A stretch of 22,433 nt of DNA from a virus. Lineage: Duplodnaviria; Heunggongvirae; Uroviricota; Caudoviricetes. How positions within the stretch are numbered: the stretch's first letter is position 1; every line of letters begins with the position of its first letter. Shown here piece after piece: positions 1 through 9,530 of the stretch. Location of the stretch: IMG/VR virus record IMGVR_UViG_2627853732_000005; one strand, written 5' to 3'. Below the pieces are notes generated by a model. The model had not been told where the DNA came from, did no database searches, and was given only the letters and a program-made list of their open reading frames with translations. A program made the position numbers and the translations under genes.

Positions 1-200
1 CACAACATCCGAGGACAGCATCGTCCGCCAGCCTACAGAAGTCCGGAAAGCCATGGAAGGTCGTTGGGAGGAGGTACGAATTCTATCATGCAAAAAATAC
101 GTAAAATCGATAACGCCTAGAAATCATTCAATACTCGCACTATCGAAAGTTTACCAGCCAACCGCGGCACGTTCCTGCATACGACGTGCCGCAGCTTCTG

Positions 201-824
201 TTATTCCACGATAAAATTCCTAACCGAATTCAAATCCTTCAGACTATTCAGCTCTTCCTTCAGCTCCCGCTGACGGCGATAAATCTCGTCATTGCGCTCA
301 ACCTGTGCCTGAGCCATTGCTGCCGCCAGTTCTTCCAGTTCCGGCATCGACTGTTTCACCTGCTGATTATCGGCATCACCCCACGTCATCACGTCCCGTA
401 CAATGTCGGATTTCGCAGCCATTACCACCGGATAAAGGCGGCCCAGTGAGTTGGGGCCAGCATTCCAGATACGACCGTTCCATTCAAACGTGAACGGCTT
501 CGCCTCCTGTTCTGTGCGCCATGCTTCAATTCCCTGACGTCTGGCCTCTCTGGCCGCTTCCAGCATTTCTGGTGTCACAGTGAATGGGGCTATCTCACCC
601 CATTTGCCACTTTGCAGTTCCTGCCAGATTCGCTGACCCGTCGGTGCGACATCATCAGCGGTGGCTGTGTAGGGGACTGCCTGGTCCCTGTCGTCAAAAA
701 AAACGTCACAGTCTACTGCGCCACTTTCGGTATAACGGGGATTAATGATTTTTTTAATTTCCACGGTGCATTCCTCACGATGTGCGAATAAAAAGCCCGG
801 GCATTGCGCCAGAGACATGAGCAT
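201..824 (-). CDS. phage protein directly 3' of the tail-fibre fragment; position suggests a tail-fibre assembly/chaperone role, not confidently recognised
   Basis: 207-aa ORF from the track, same orientation as and immediately downstream of the fibre fragment (lambda stf-tfa layout). First ~16 codons overlap the fibre frame (stop at 775-777), so the true start is probably internal. I cannot name a motif with certainty. Confidence 0.45.
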   Translation of the reverse strand: MLMSLAQCPGFLFAHREECTVEIKKIINPRYTESGAVDCDVFFDDRDQAVPYTATADDVAPTGQRIWQELQSGKWGEIAPFTVTPEMLEAAREARRQGIEAWRTEQEAKPFTFEWNGRIWNAGPNSLGRLYPVVMAAKSDIVRDVMTWGDADNQQVKQSMPELEELAAAMAQAQVERNDEIYRRQRELKEELNSLKDLNSVRNFIVE

Positions 825-1445
825 CCGGCACCCCGGACAGGGCGCTATATGACCCCGGTAATGAATGCTCTGAACATCCCGTAATGAAAAATTGTGGGGA
901 TGCTATATACGTTCCGGTGGGAGTACTGGGCACTGAAATCCCCACCGGCCCCAGTCGTGAGCCTCTGTATGACTGCCCCCTGACAAGTCTGATGACTTTA
1001 TCACCGTCAGCTTCTCCCTGGTACGCAGCAATAATCAGCCCGCCAATGTCAGGGTCTCCCCATCTGTTGCAGACAGAGCTCGCCACGATTCTGTAAATAA
1101 TATCTTCTGTGGTTATATTTATTTTCACCCAGCCAGTCAGTCTGGATATGGGCCAGTAGCAGTAGCGGGTGTGATAAATGGGGCCGTTAATGCCGTAAAA
1201 AGTAAGGGATTTGGCTCTGTACCTCGGTTCTGTTGTCTCAGGGCGTGCATCAGTCCACCGGATGCTGAGCACCCCTTCAAACCGTGTGTCGGGTATGATG
1301 ATGTCGTAGGGGCCAGCAACGGAATATTCACCTGGCAGCGCATTCCTTACCCAGGCCAGGAAATCACTCTTAGTGTCAAAACGGATAACATCTTCAGGCA
1401 GAAAAGCACACCCAAAGCCGAATGCGCCGGGTATCGCCAGACGGC
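775..1445 (-). pseudogene. C-terminal fragment of a phage tail-fibre gene, 5' part removed at an IS600 boundary
   Basis: Track ORF 775..1461 starts with TTG at 1459-1461 and its first 5 codons (LPVHL) are read out of the IS600 terminal repeat. The frame then stays open to TGA at 775-777. Gly/Ser/Thr-rich fibre-tip-like composition. No start codon of its own. Confidence 0.55.
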
Positions 1446-1488
1446 TGAGGTGTACTGGCAATAGCGGACACTACCATTTGTTCTTTTT

Positions 1489-2307
1489 TTAAGCAGCCAT
1501 CTGATGATATTTTTCCCTGAAGGCTGCCGGGGAGATATTCCCCAGACGAGAGTGACGACGCTGACGATTGTAGAAAATCTCAATGTATTCCCGTATTACT
1601 GAGATGGCTTCATCCCGGTTATTAAAACGATAGTGGCTCAGGCTCTCATTTTTCAGCGTTCCCCAGAAGCTTTCCATCGGAGCGTTGTCGTAACAGTTAC
1701 CTTTACGCGACATTGATGTTTTCAGACCAGACTGCTCCTGTATGACCCGGTAATCGTATGCGCAGTACTGTGAACCTCGATCAGAGTGGTGGATTAGCCC
1801 GGCAGGTGGGCGCTGGCTCCTGAGCGCCATAAACAGGGCTTTACCTGTCAGCTCTTTTGTCATGCGCTCTCCCATGGCGTAGCCGACAATTTCGCACGTA
1901 TAAACATCTTTGATGCCAGCGAGGTACAACCATCCCTCCTGTGTGGCAACATACGTCAGGTCCGCCACCCAGACCTGATTTGGTGCTGTAGGAGCGAACG
2001 TCTGGTTCAGCAGATTTGGCGCAACTGGCAGATTGTGGTTCGAGTTCGTAGTCGCTCTGAACTTGCGTTTCTGCTTACAGCGTAGCCTTAGCTCCTTACG
2101 AAGACGTGCCAGTCGGTCACGACCAACGATGATGCCATTCTCTGCCAGCTCCGTCTGGAGCCGCCGGGTTCCATATGTTTCGCGAGTGCGGATATGTGCC
2201 ACCTTAATCTCCAGTTTTAGCCGCTCATCACTTTGTTTTCTGTCTGAGGGTTCATGCTGTACCCAGTTGTAATAACCGCTCCTGGATACACCAAATACCT
2301 GACACAT
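1489..2307 (-). CDS. IS3-family transposase OrfB (DDE integrase-like domain), copy A
   Basis: 272-aa ORF whose translation matches OrfB of the other copies (MCQVFGVSRSGYYNW...HSDRGSQY...). Confidence 0.85.
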   Translation of the reverse strand: MCQVFGVSRSGYYNWVQHEPSDRKQSDERLKLEIKVAHIRTRETYGTRRLQTELAENGIIVGRDRLARLRKELRLRCKQKRKFRATTNSNHNLPVAPNLLNQTFAPTAPNQVWVADLTYVATQEGWLYLAGIKDVYTCEIVGYAMGERMTKELTGKALFMALRSQRPPAGLIHHSDRGSQYCAYDYRVIQEQSGLKTSMSRKGNCYDNAPMESFWGTLKNESLSHYRFNNRDEAISVIREYIEIFYNRQRRHSRLGNISPAAFREKYHQMAA

Positions 2308-2342
2308 CGCTTCAATGGGAAATTGTTGTCGCCATTGTTCGA

Positions 2343-2622
2343 TTAACGCGTATTTTTCAGCGACTCCTGTGCAAAATACGCTGTTGCTTTTTTTAATATA
2401 TCTCGCTCAAGGCGAGCTTCATTTAACGCCTTACGCAGTTGCAGAATTTCAGATTCCAGTTCAGCCACCGTGCGGGAACCAGGAGTACCGAGCCCTTTTC
2501 TGGCGGCGGTAACCCATTGTCCTAAAGTGCCTTCAGGAAGAGATAATCGGGAAGCGCCTTCACTGATCGAAAGTTGATTTTCAAGAACCGTTCTGACAGC
2601 TTCAGCTTTGAACTCTTTAGAG
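2343..2622 (-). pseudogene. IS3-family OrfA (HTH), N-terminally truncated, copy A
   Basis: Track ORF 2343..2645 reads MWSAGIDTSKEFKAEAV... where intact copies read MSRKTQRYSKEFKAEAV.... The first codons therefore come from flanking istA sequence. Confidence 0.7.
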
Positions 2623-3295
2623 GTATCGATACCGGCTGACCACACAGCGCTTCGGGAACGCTGTAACGATTACCACCAACCTCGATATAGCTGTCCCAGG
2701 ACACATGGCGGATATCGAAGTAACTGGTATCGAAGTCTGTATCCGGTAACGGCTGCAGATGTTCCTGCTCCAGCGCGAAGCGCTGTTCCGGCGTTTCTTT
2801 GAACTGGCGAAGCTCCCGTTTGTCAGCCACATCGGCTATCCATTGCTCCAGTTGTTGATTGACATGAGTGAAGCTGTCGAACCTGCGGTACCGGACGAAG
2901 AAGTTCTCCTTGAGGTATTTCACCATCCGCTCAACCTTACCTTTTGTTCTGGCCCTGCGTGGACGGCATGCCCGTGGCAGGAAGTTATAGTGGTCAGCCA
3001 GCAACAGGAATCCGGAGTTGAACACGACTTTCCCGTTGTTATTCTTCAGCACCGCAGCCTTCTGGTTATCAACCAGCACCGTTTTCACACAATCACCGAA
3101 GTAGCGGAAGGCGCGAACCAGTGATTCGTAGGTATGCTCAGCATCCTGTTTTGGTGCGGCGAAGACATGGAAGCTGCGGGAGAACCCCAGCGTATTAACC
3201 GCAAAGTTAACTTTGCACCGTTGCCCGGCAACCTCCACCTCAACTTCGCCCCAGTCATGCTGGAGCTGGTATCCAGGCTGAGTTTCGAAGCGAAC
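2623..3295 (-). pseudogene. istA: IS21-family transposase IstA, central/catalytic fragment
   Basis: Translation from 3295 downward reads VRFETQPGYQLQHDWGEVEVEVAGQRCKVNFAV...LPRACRPRRARTKGKVERMVKYLKENFF, the IstA DDE-region pattern as I recall it. It is cut at 2622/2623 by truncated IS600 copy A. The track ORF 2522..3238 is this frame running on into IS600. Confidence 0.65.
3293..3295. repeat. 3-bp target-site duplication (AAC), left copy, of IS600 copy B
   Basis: AAC directly abuts both ends of the element (3293-3295 and 4560-4562). Confidence 0.8.
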
Positions 3296-3359
3296 TGAGG
3301 TAGCCTGAGTTTAACGGACACTCCTTCCTGAAATAGAATGGCATCAGAAGGAGCTAATA

Positions 3360-3662
3360 ATGAGCAGAAAAACCCAACGTTACTCTAAAGAGTTCAAAGC
3401 CGAAGCTGTCAGAACGGTTCTTGAAAATCAACTTTCGATCAGTGAAGGCGCTTCCCGATTATCTCTTCCTGAAGGCACTTTAGGACAATGGGTTACCGCC
3501 GCCAGAAAAGGGCTCGGTACTCCTGGTTCCCGCACGGTGGCTGAACTGGAATCTGAAATTCTGCAACTACGTAAGGCGTTAAATGAAGCTCGCCTTGAGC
3601 GAGATATATTAAAAAAAGCAACAGCGTATTTTGCACAGGAGTCGCTGAAAAATACGCGTTAA
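3360..3662 (+). CDS. IS3-family transposase OrfA (HTH DNA-binding)
   Basis: 100-aa ORF MSRKTQRYSKEFKAEAVRTV...; the identical protein recurs at 12777 and, with one substitution, at 12298 and 20743. Confidence 0.9.
   Translation: MSRKTQRYSKEFKAEAVRTVLENQLSISEGASRLSLPEGTLGQWVTAARKGLGTPGSRTVAELESEILQLRKALNEARLERDILKKATAYFAQESLKNTR
3611..3617 (+). other. candidate programmed -1 ribosomal frameshift site (A7 run followed by G) joining OrfA to OrfB
   Basis: TTAAAAAAAGC near the orfA 3' end. The -1 frame from this point reads KKSNSVFCTGVAEKYALIEQWRQQFPIEAMCQVFGV..., which runs into OrfB. IS3-family elements are known to make OrfAB this way. Confidence 0.6.
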
Positions 3663-3697
3663 TCGAACAATGGCGACAACAATTTCCCATTGAAGCG

Positions 3698-4516
3698 ATG
3701 TGTCAGGTATTTGGTGTATCCAGGAGCGGTTATTACAACTGGGTACAGCATGAACCCTCAGACAGAAAACAAAGTGATGAGCGGCTAAAACTGGAGATTA
3801 AGGTGGCACATATCCGCACTCGCGAAACATATGGAACCCGGCGGCTCCAGACGGAGCTGGCAGAGAATGGCATCATCGTTGGTCGTGACCGACTGGCACG
3901 TCTTCGTAAGGAGCTAAGGCTACGCTGTAAGCAGAAACGCAAGTTCAGAGCGACTACGAACTCGAACCACAATCTGCCAGTTGCGCCAAATCTGCTGAAC
4001 CAGACGTTCACTCCTACAGCACCAAATCAGGTCTGGGTGGCGGACCTGACGTATGTTGCCACACAGGAGGGATGGTTGTACCTCGCTGGCATCAAAGATG
4101 TTTATACGTGCGAAATTGTCGGCTACGCCATGGGAGAGCGCATGACAAAAGAGCTGACAGGTAAAGCCCTGTTTATGGCGCTCAGGAGCCAGCGCCCACC
4201 TGCCGGGCTAATCCACCACTCTGATCGAGGTTCACAGTACTGCGCATACGATTACCGGGTCATACAGGAGCAGTCTGGTCTGAAAACATCAATGTCGCGT
4301 AAAGGTAACTGTTACGACAACGCTCCGATGGAAAGCTTCTGGGGAACGCTGAAAAATGAGAGCCTGAGCCACTATCGTTTTAATAACCGGGATGAAGCCA
4401 TCTCAGTAATACGGGAATACATTGAGATTTTCTACAATCGTCAGCGTCGTCACTCTCGTCTGGGGAATATCTCCCCGGCAGCCTTCAGGGAAAAATATCA
4501 TCAGATGGCTGCTTAA
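3698..4516 (+). CDS. IS3-family transposase OrfB (DDE), copy B
   Basis: 272-aa ORF from the first ATG. Differs from other copies at one visible residue (NQTFTPTAPN versus NQTFAPTAPN). Confidence 0.9.
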   Translation: MCQVFGVSRSGYYNWVQHEPSDRKQSDERLKLEIKVAHIRTRETYGTRRLQTELAENGIIVGRDRLARLRKELRLRCKQKRKFRATTNSNHNLPVAPNLLNQTFTPTAPNQVWVADLTYVATQEGWLYLAGIKDVYTCEIVGYAMGERMTKELTGKALFMALRSQRPPAGLIHHSDRGSQYCAYDYRVIQEQSGLKTSMSRKGNCYDNAPMESFWGTLKNESLSHYRFNNRDEAISVIREYIEIFYNRQRRHSRLGNISPAAFREKYHQMAA

Positions 4517-4559
4517 AAAAAGAACAAATGGTAGTGTCCGCTATTGCCAGTACACCTCA

Positions 4560-4562
4560 AAC
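4560..4562. repeat. 3-bp target-site duplication (AAC), right copy, of IS600 copy B
   Basis: See 3293..3295. Confidence 0.8.
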
Positions 4563-4886
4563 TGTTCTTTTTGACGGACGCATTTTACGTTTGGGCTGGA
4601 TGTAGTAACGCAGCATGGAACGTCCGCCCGTATAACCCATTGCCTTAATCTCCGCGAAGATAACCTCGCTATTCCAGACATTCTCTGCCAGGCGCATGTC
4701 GATGTAATCCATAAACGGTTTCAGCTTAACCATTTTGTGGCGGGTCTTTCTGGCTGGCGGTTCAGGGTATTTGAGGTAGCGTCTGACCGTCCGTTCAGAG
4801 CAACCAATCTGAGTCGCAATATCGACGATGTACGCGCCCTGCTGGCGCATTTGCTTTATCATGTAAAAGTCCTCTCTGCTCAGCAT
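4560..4886 (-). pseudogene. istA: IS21-family transposase IstA, N-terminal HTH fragment
   Basis: ATG at 4886; MLSREDFYMIKQMRQQGAYIVDIATQIGCSERTVRRYLKY...SKRTV, then TGA supplied by the IS600 end. Continues in phase at 3295. Confidence 0.7.
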
Positions 4887-4993
4887 GTTGATGTCCTTTC
4901 TGGTGTGAGAACCTTAAGGAAACAACATGTTGGGTGGAGCGGACAATCCAAATGGCGAATTACCGTCTTATATCACTGGCGCTGACACTTCAT

Positions 4994-5299
4994 CACCTCC
5001 GGACGTAAATCACCATCCTTTGGTGCATTCAGAAACGCGTTCAGTGTCCCCGGTGCATCAGTCGGTGCCACATCAATATCCCCGACACGGGTTGGCTGCC
5101 AGCCGTTACAGTGAAGCGCAACCTCGTAATACCCCGGCTCAGCCTCAATCACATAAGCACCGTTATTGTCCGTCACGCAAGTGGCAACAACGTGTGCCAC
5201 AACGGTCGGACTGGTTCTTCTGGCCCGCAGTTCAATCGCACAATTTACGACAGGTTTACCCGCCCCATCTTTCAGTACACCTGAAATCTTTACTGCCAT
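4994..5299 (-). pseudogene. stf: side tail-fibre gene stf, N-terminal ~102 codons only, truncated by the IS21-family element
   Basis: From ATG at 5299: MAVKISGVLKDGAGKPV...GTLNAFLNAPKDGDLRPEV follows lambda Stf N-terminus as I recall it. It then switches to MKCQRQ-stop, which is IS-derived. Track ORF 4973..5341 begins upstream at an alternative start. Confidence 0.7.
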
Positions 5300-5310
5300 A
5301 TTCACCCCAC

Positions 5311-5335
5311 AAAAAGCCCGCCTGAACCAGCGGGC
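5311..5335 (-). terminator. rho-independent terminator downstream of lom
   Basis: Minus-strand RNA GCCCGC-UGGUUCAG-GCGGGC followed by UUUUU (plus-strand stems 5316-5321 and 5330-5335, A-run 5311-5315). Confidence 0.6.
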
Positions 5336-5362
5336 AGTCATAACACTGTGTTACCTGGCTAA

Positions 5363-5962
5363 TCAGAACTTATAACCGACACCCACGATGAAACCGTCAG
5401 TGCGCCAGTCACCACTGCCGGAACCTTCATAAGCAAGGTCAATGGCCACGGATTCGGTCGGGTTAAACTGCACGCCAGCCCCCCACGCCAGAGACGTGTT
5501 GCTGTGGCGACCGCCATCACTTCCGGTCAGCACATCGTGCGTTTTCCCCTTGTTGTCAGTTACGCGGAGATAATCCCCGGAGAAGGTCGACACACGGCTG
5601 TAAGCCACGCCCGCCATCGCATACGCGCTGAACCATTCATTCACGCGCACAGACGGCCCCGCCATCACGCTGAACCAGCGGTTACGCACGGAATCCTCAT
5701 GCCAGCGGGTATCGCTGTAATGCGTTTTTTGCTCATCTTCAGCGTTGGCATAACTGAATGACGTAATCAGCCCCAGCGTGTCCGTAAACTCATAACGGTA
5801 TTTCACGTTAATGCCCTTCAGGTCATCGCTGCCTGGCATATCAGTATGGGTCTGAAGATACCCGGCGCTCAGCGTGGACTGATGTTCAGACGCCCATGCA
5901 GGCGCACCGGATACGGCCAGACAGATGGCTGCGGACAAAATGGCTGCACAAACTTTACGCAT
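5363..5962 (-). CDS. lom: Lom outer-membrane protein (Ail/Lom family), intact
   Basis: 199 aa with signal peptide MRKVCAAILSAAICLAVSGAPAWA and C-terminal GFIVGVGYKF; closely follows lambda Lom as recalled; lies between J and stf as in lambda. Confidence 0.9.
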   Translation of the reverse strand: MRKVCAAILSAAICLAVSGAPAWASEHQSTLSAGYLQTHTDMPGSDDLKGINVKYRYEFTDTLGLITSFSYANAEDEQKTHYSDTRWHEDSVRNRWFSVMAGPSVRVNEWFSAYAMAGVAYSRVSTFSGDYLRVTDNKGKTHDVLTGSDGGRHSNTSLAWGAGVQFNPTESVAIDLAYEGSGSGDWRTDGFIVGVGYKF

Positions 5963-5986
5963 AATTACCTCTCGCTTTTCTGCAAT

Positions 5987-6010
5987 AAAAAAGGCACCAT
6001 TTCTGGTGCC
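5987..6010 (-). terminator. rho-independent terminator between J and lom
   Basis: Minus-strand hairpin GGCACC-AGAAAU-GGUGCC followed by UUUUUU (plus-strand A-run 5987-5992). Confidence 0.6.
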
Positions 6011-6029
6011 CGTATCTGGGTTATAAAAT

Positions 6030-9000
6030 TCAGCTAATCGTGATGCCTGCAGTGGCTTTCTTCATCACCACAACCAGCAAATCGCTGATACTTGCTGTGG
6101 GATACCAGCCATTTACCAGCCATGCCGATACAGAAAACTCCAGCGTCATGTGACCGTGACCGGCAGGCATATCAATAACACCCGTATATATCAGCGTATT
6201 ATCCAGGGTCGTTCGGTTATAAATTTCAGCACCGTTTTTCTTCACTATCAGGCGGCATGACGAATAAATATTGTTATTCTTCCGCTCATGTTTAGCACCG
6301 CGAAACGCCACCGCGGGAATAACAATTTGCCGATCAAACGGCTGATCGTCATAAACCCTGACGGTAATGGTCCCTGATGGCCACCTCTCCGGTGCCCGGG
6401 AGTCCCGTGGGAAAGGTTTGCCCACTGTTTTAACGAGATCGCCTTCAATCTGGTTCGCGGACAATTTTCCCAGAACCCGACAGTTCTTATTAATCGTGAC
6501 GTTGTTGAGCGTCCCGGAGTTCGCGTTCACGTTACCGCTGATATCGGCATTTTTCGCCGTCAGCCGTCCGCCAGGTGTCAGGGAAAATGCCGGAGGATTA
6601 CCGCCGCTGGTAATGGTCGGAGCCGTCAGGCATTTCAGGAACACGTCGTTCATGAATATCTGATCGCCCTGACCAACAAACATCGGCTTTGTGTTGCCAT
6701 TCGCAGGATTAATCATCGCAATCCTGTCTGCCGCCAGCAGCACCTGACTCTGCATTCCTGCTGGCGTATTCTCAATACCGGCACCGATACCCGCAATATA
6801 AAGGCGTCCGTCCTTCATCTGTTGCAGCTTCACAGCCCACATGCTGTTCAGGTTATTATTTGTATCAACCTGAACTTTCTGTATCTGCTGGATTGCAGCA
6901 CTCTGATTTTCCAGTTTTTTATTGACGGTTTGCGTGATTTCATTGCTGACATTCGTAATGGACGTCCTGATTTCAGTCAGGTCCGGCGCAAGCTGACCGT
7001 TATCAATCTGCGTCCACAACTCCTTGCCGAGATGCGTTTTATTGATCAACCCTTTATAAAAATTCAGATAACCTTCTGCATCATCGCTCGCCCGACCGAT
7101 GGCCTCCACAAATGCCGATTTGCCAACGGTGTTCACACTGCGAACGTAAAAATAATAATCATGGCCCGGCCTGATATTGATACTGGCGGCTATCCAGTAC
7201 AGCGCCGTGCCAAGATAGCGGGCGCTGGTTTCAACCTGCCTGATATCCGCAATCCGCTTTTCCGAAAACCAGAACTCAAACTGCACCGTCGGGTCATATA
7301 CAGCCAGTTTCGGGACCGCCGTTATCTGAAAATACCCCGGTATCAGTTCAATAGTGACAGGCGCTGCCGGTGCCGCAATCCGGAACGATACCGACGCCGG
7401 ATCGCCCTGCTGCCCCCGGGCATTTACCGCCCGGACTGTCAGACTGTAATTCCCCAGCGCCAGCTGCCTGAAGCGGTATGTGGTTTCCGTCGTCCTGGCT
7501 GTGCTGACCAGCCGCTCACTGCCGTCGTCCGCTGCCACGGTCAGGCGAAGCAGGAAGCTCACACCCTTCACCACCTTCGGCGTGTCCCATCGCGCCAGCA
7601 CCTGATATTCCCCGCTGTCTGCGGTGACTTCGGCGGTCAGATGCTGCACCGCTGGCGGCGTGACACCATTCACCGTGCCGCGCCGGTCACCGTCAAAGTG
7701 TGCCCCGTTATCCACGATGGCCTCTTTTTCCGGCACATGCTGCACGGCGGTGATGGCATACGTGCCGTCGTCGTTCTCACGGATACTCACGCAGCGGAAC
7801 AGACGCTGGCGCAGCGTCGGCAGCTTCAGCCCCCACACGCTGTATTCTGCAACGCCGTCAGGAACCCGGCTCACTTTCACCTTCACGCCGTCGGTGACGG
7901 ACTGGACCTCCACGCTGACCGGATTGCCACTTCCGTCAACCAGGCTTATCAGCGTGGTACCGGAGGACGGCAGCGTGATTTCACGGTCGAGCGTCAGCGT
8001 CCGGGTCTGGCTGTTCACCGCCAGTACGCGACCACCGGTGCTGATACCGGCATAATCATCATCGCAGATTTCAATGACATCACCCGGTACATGGCGAAGC
8101 CCTTCTGCGCCCACGCTGAAGTCCACGGTCTGCGTTTCCAGCAGTTCCGTTTTAATCAGCCACAGCCCGGCTCGGTGTGCCTGCCCCCGGCTGGTACAGC
8201 CAAAGGCATCCATCTTCGTGACATTACGACCGTAACGGGCAATGGCCTGCGTATCCTCCACAAGCTCTGTCGCCGTCTCCCAGCCGTTATCTGGGTCAAT
8301 CCAGTTCACCTCAACGGCATTATGGCGGTCCTTCAGGGCGCTGAAGCTGTAGCGGAACGGCGCGCCATCGTCCGGCATCACCACATTACTGCGGTTATAG
8401 GTCCACACCTTATCCGACGGTCGGTCCTGCACGAACGTCAGCATCTGTCCGTTCCATACCGGCATACAGCGCATCGCCGAGCAGAAATCACTGAGAACAT
8501 CCCACGCCTTACGCTGTGTGGTCAGGTAAGAGTTACAGGTGATGCGCGGCTCCGTGCCGCCAAATCCGTCCGTCACTGACTGGTCGCAGTACTGGCCGAT
8601 GACATACAGCGCCCATTTGTCCACATCTGCCGCACCAAGACGTTTCCCCATGCCGTAGCGCGGATGAGTGAGCATGTCCCACAGACACCAGGCCATGTTG
8701 TTGCTGTATGCTGGCTTAAGCGTTCCGTCCCAGATACCGCTGTATTGCCGCGTCTGCGGGTTATAGTTCGACGGCACCTGCAGAATGCGCCCGCGAAGAT
8801 GATAATTGCGACTCACCTGCTGGTTACCGAACTGCTCTGAATCCACCTGCACGCCGACCAGCGCCGTGTTCGGGTAGCACTGTTTCACATCGATGATTTC
8901 GGTGTACGACGACCAGAGCGTTTTGTTCTGCAGCTGGTCTGTGGTGCTGTCCGGTGTCATCCTGCGCATCCGGATATTAAACGGGCGCGGCGGCAGGTTA

Positions 9001-9509
9001 CCCACCACCACCGAGGCCAGATACTGCGAAGTGGTTTTGCCCTTAATGGTGATGTCTTTTTCCGTCACCCAGCCACCGTTACGCTGTATCTGAACCAGCA
9101 GGCGGACTTCCGACGGATTCCGGTCACCCTTTGAGGTGGTTTCCACCAGTGCCTGCACACCGAAGGTCAGGCGCAGACGGTCGATGTTTGCCGACGTGAT
9201 GGTCCGGGTGATCGGCGTGTCATATTTCACTTCCGTACCCAGCACCGTCTCGGAGCCGGAGGATTCAAAACCCTCCGGCGGTGTCTGCTCCTGCTCACCT
9301 GCACGGAACACCACCGTAACACCGGAAAAGTTTGTCTTCCCCTCGCTGTCCAGGACCGGCGTACCGTTCAGCAGCACGCTTTTTAATCCATCCACCGGAC
9401 CGTCAACCGGCCCTTCGCTGATGGCATCAATCACACTCAGCAACTGCGTGGATTTCAGGTTGTCCTTCGCTTCGCGCGGGGTATGCCCCTTACTGCTGCC
9501 TTTACCCAT
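6030..9509 (-). CDS. J: tail tip / host-specificity protein J, intact 1159 aa
   Basis: N-terminus [26 protein letters not shown] and most of the length follow lambda gpJ as recalled; the C-terminal receptor-binding part differs (see findings). Confidence 0.95.
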   Translation of the reverse strand: MGKGSSKGHTPREAKDNLKSTQLLSVIDAISEGPVDGPVDGLKSVLLNGTPVLDSEGKTNFSGVTVVFRAGEQEQTPPEGFESSGSETVLGTEVKYDTPITRTITSANIDRLRLTFGVQALVETTSKGDRNPSEVRLLVQIQRNGGWVTEKDITIKGKTTSQYLASVVVGNLPPRPFNIRMRRMTPDSTTDQLQNKTLWSSYTEIIDVKQCYPNTALVGVQVDSEQFGNQQVSRNYHLRGRILQVPSNYNPQTRQYSGIWDGTLKPAYSNNMAWCLWDMLTHPRYGMGKRLGAADVDKWALYVIGQYCDQSVTDGFGGTEPRITCNSYLTTQRKAWDVLSDFCSAMRCMPVWNGQMLTFVQDRPSDKVWTYNRSNVVMPDDGAPFRYSFSALKDRHNAVEVNWIDPDNGWETATELVEDTQAIARYGRNVTKMDAFGCTSRGQAHRAGLWLIKTELLETQTVDFSVGAEGLRHVPGDVIEICDDDYAGISTGGRVLAVNSQTRTLTLDREITLPSSGTTLISLVDGSGNPVSVEVQSVTDGVKVKVSRVPDGVAEYSVWGLKLPTLRQRLFRCVSIRENDDGTYAITAVQHVPEKEAIVDNGAHFDGDRRGTVNGVTPPAVQHLTAEVTADSGEYQVLARWDTPKVVKGVSFLLRLTVAADDGSERLVSTARTTETTYRFRQLALGNYSLTVRAVNARGQQGDPASVSFRIAAPAAPVTIELIPGYFQITAVPKLAVYDPTVQFEFWFSEKRIADIRQVETSARYLGTALYWIAASINIRPGHDYYFYVRSVNTVGKSAFVEAIGRASDDAEGYLNFYKGLINKTHLGKELWTQIDNGQLAPDLTEIRTSITNVSNEITQTVNKKLENQSAAIQQIQKVQVDTNNNLNSMWAVKLQQMKDGRLYIAGIGAGIENTPAGMQSQVLLAADRIAMINPANGNTKPMFVGQGDQIFMNDVFLKCLTAPTITSGGNPPAFSLTPGGRLTAKNADISGNVNANSGTLNNVTINKNCRVLGKLSANQIEGDLVKTVGKPFPRDSRAPERWPSGTITVRVYDDQPFDRQIVIPAVAFRGAKHERKNNNIYSSCRLIVKKNGAEIYNRTTLDNTLIYTGVIDMPAGHGHMTLEFSVSAWLVNGWYPTASISDLLVVVMKKATAGITIS

Positions 9510-9530
9510 TCCTCACGCTCCATAAACGAC

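Larger units (their letters stand above)
1446..2622 (-). mobile_element. IS600-like IS3-family element, copy A, inverted and 5'-truncated (first ~87 bp missing)
   Basis: Reverse complement of the unit seen intact at 3296..4559. Terminal repeat TGAGGTGTACTGGCAATAGCGGACAC begins at 1446. Similarity stops after CTCTTTAGAG at 2622 inside orfA. The name IS600 is from memory of the 1264-bp unit length and OrfA/OrfB organisation. Confidence 0.85.
3296..4559 (+). mobile_element. IS600-like IS3-family element, copy B, full length (1264 bp), nested in istA
   Basis: Ends TGAGGTAGCCTGAGTTTAACGGACAC ... GTGTCCGCTATTGCCAGTACACCTCA are imperfect inverted repeats. Carries orfA, an A7G slippery run, orfB, and a flanking 3-bp AAC direct repeat. 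Confidence 0.9.
2623..4990 (-). mobile_element. IS21-family element remnant: istA only, interrupted by nested IS600 copy B, 3' part and istB missing
   Basis: IstA-like frames on both sides of IS600 copy B join in phase once IS600 and one AAC are removed. The element ends where IS600 copy A begins. The end inside stf is approximate (4987-4993, sequence TGTCAGCGCC read on the minus strand). Confidence 0.6.

Noticed and set aside
186-493. Plus-strand ORFs 186..449 and 305..493
   Set aside because: Antisense to the 201..824 gene, low-complexity translations, no start context.
2033-2272. Recurring antisense ORFs inside every IS600 copy (79/92-aa MWFEF... and 65-aa MGNCCRHC...)
   Set aside because: They repeat because the IS repeats; they are antisense to the transposase frames and have no motif. 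Treated as shadow ORFs.
2522-3238. 238-aa track ORF read as a single protein
   Set aside because: It is a chimera: IstA-like codons down to 2623, then out-of-frame reading through the truncated IS600 orfA region. Annotated instead as an istA fragment.
3085-3321. ORFs that start inside the IS600 left end and read outward (also 12547..12738 and the first codons of 11894..12259)
   Set aside because: The same SVKLRLP... start recurs at every IS600 left end, so it is generated by the terminal repeat rather than by a gene. Only the flanking H fragment at 11894..12233 has biological meaning.
1446-4559. Naming the IS3-family element IS629/IS1203
   Set aside because: The intact unit here is 1264 bp, which matches my memory of IS600 rather than the roughly 1.3-kb IS629. 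The name remains provisional until compared with ISfinder.
6822-8579. 585-aa plus-strand ORF (and 7624..8055) inside J
   Set aside because: Lies entirely antisense within the well-supported J gene, with Arg/Pro/His-rich low-complexity translation and no start context. A shadow ORF of a GC-rich coding region.
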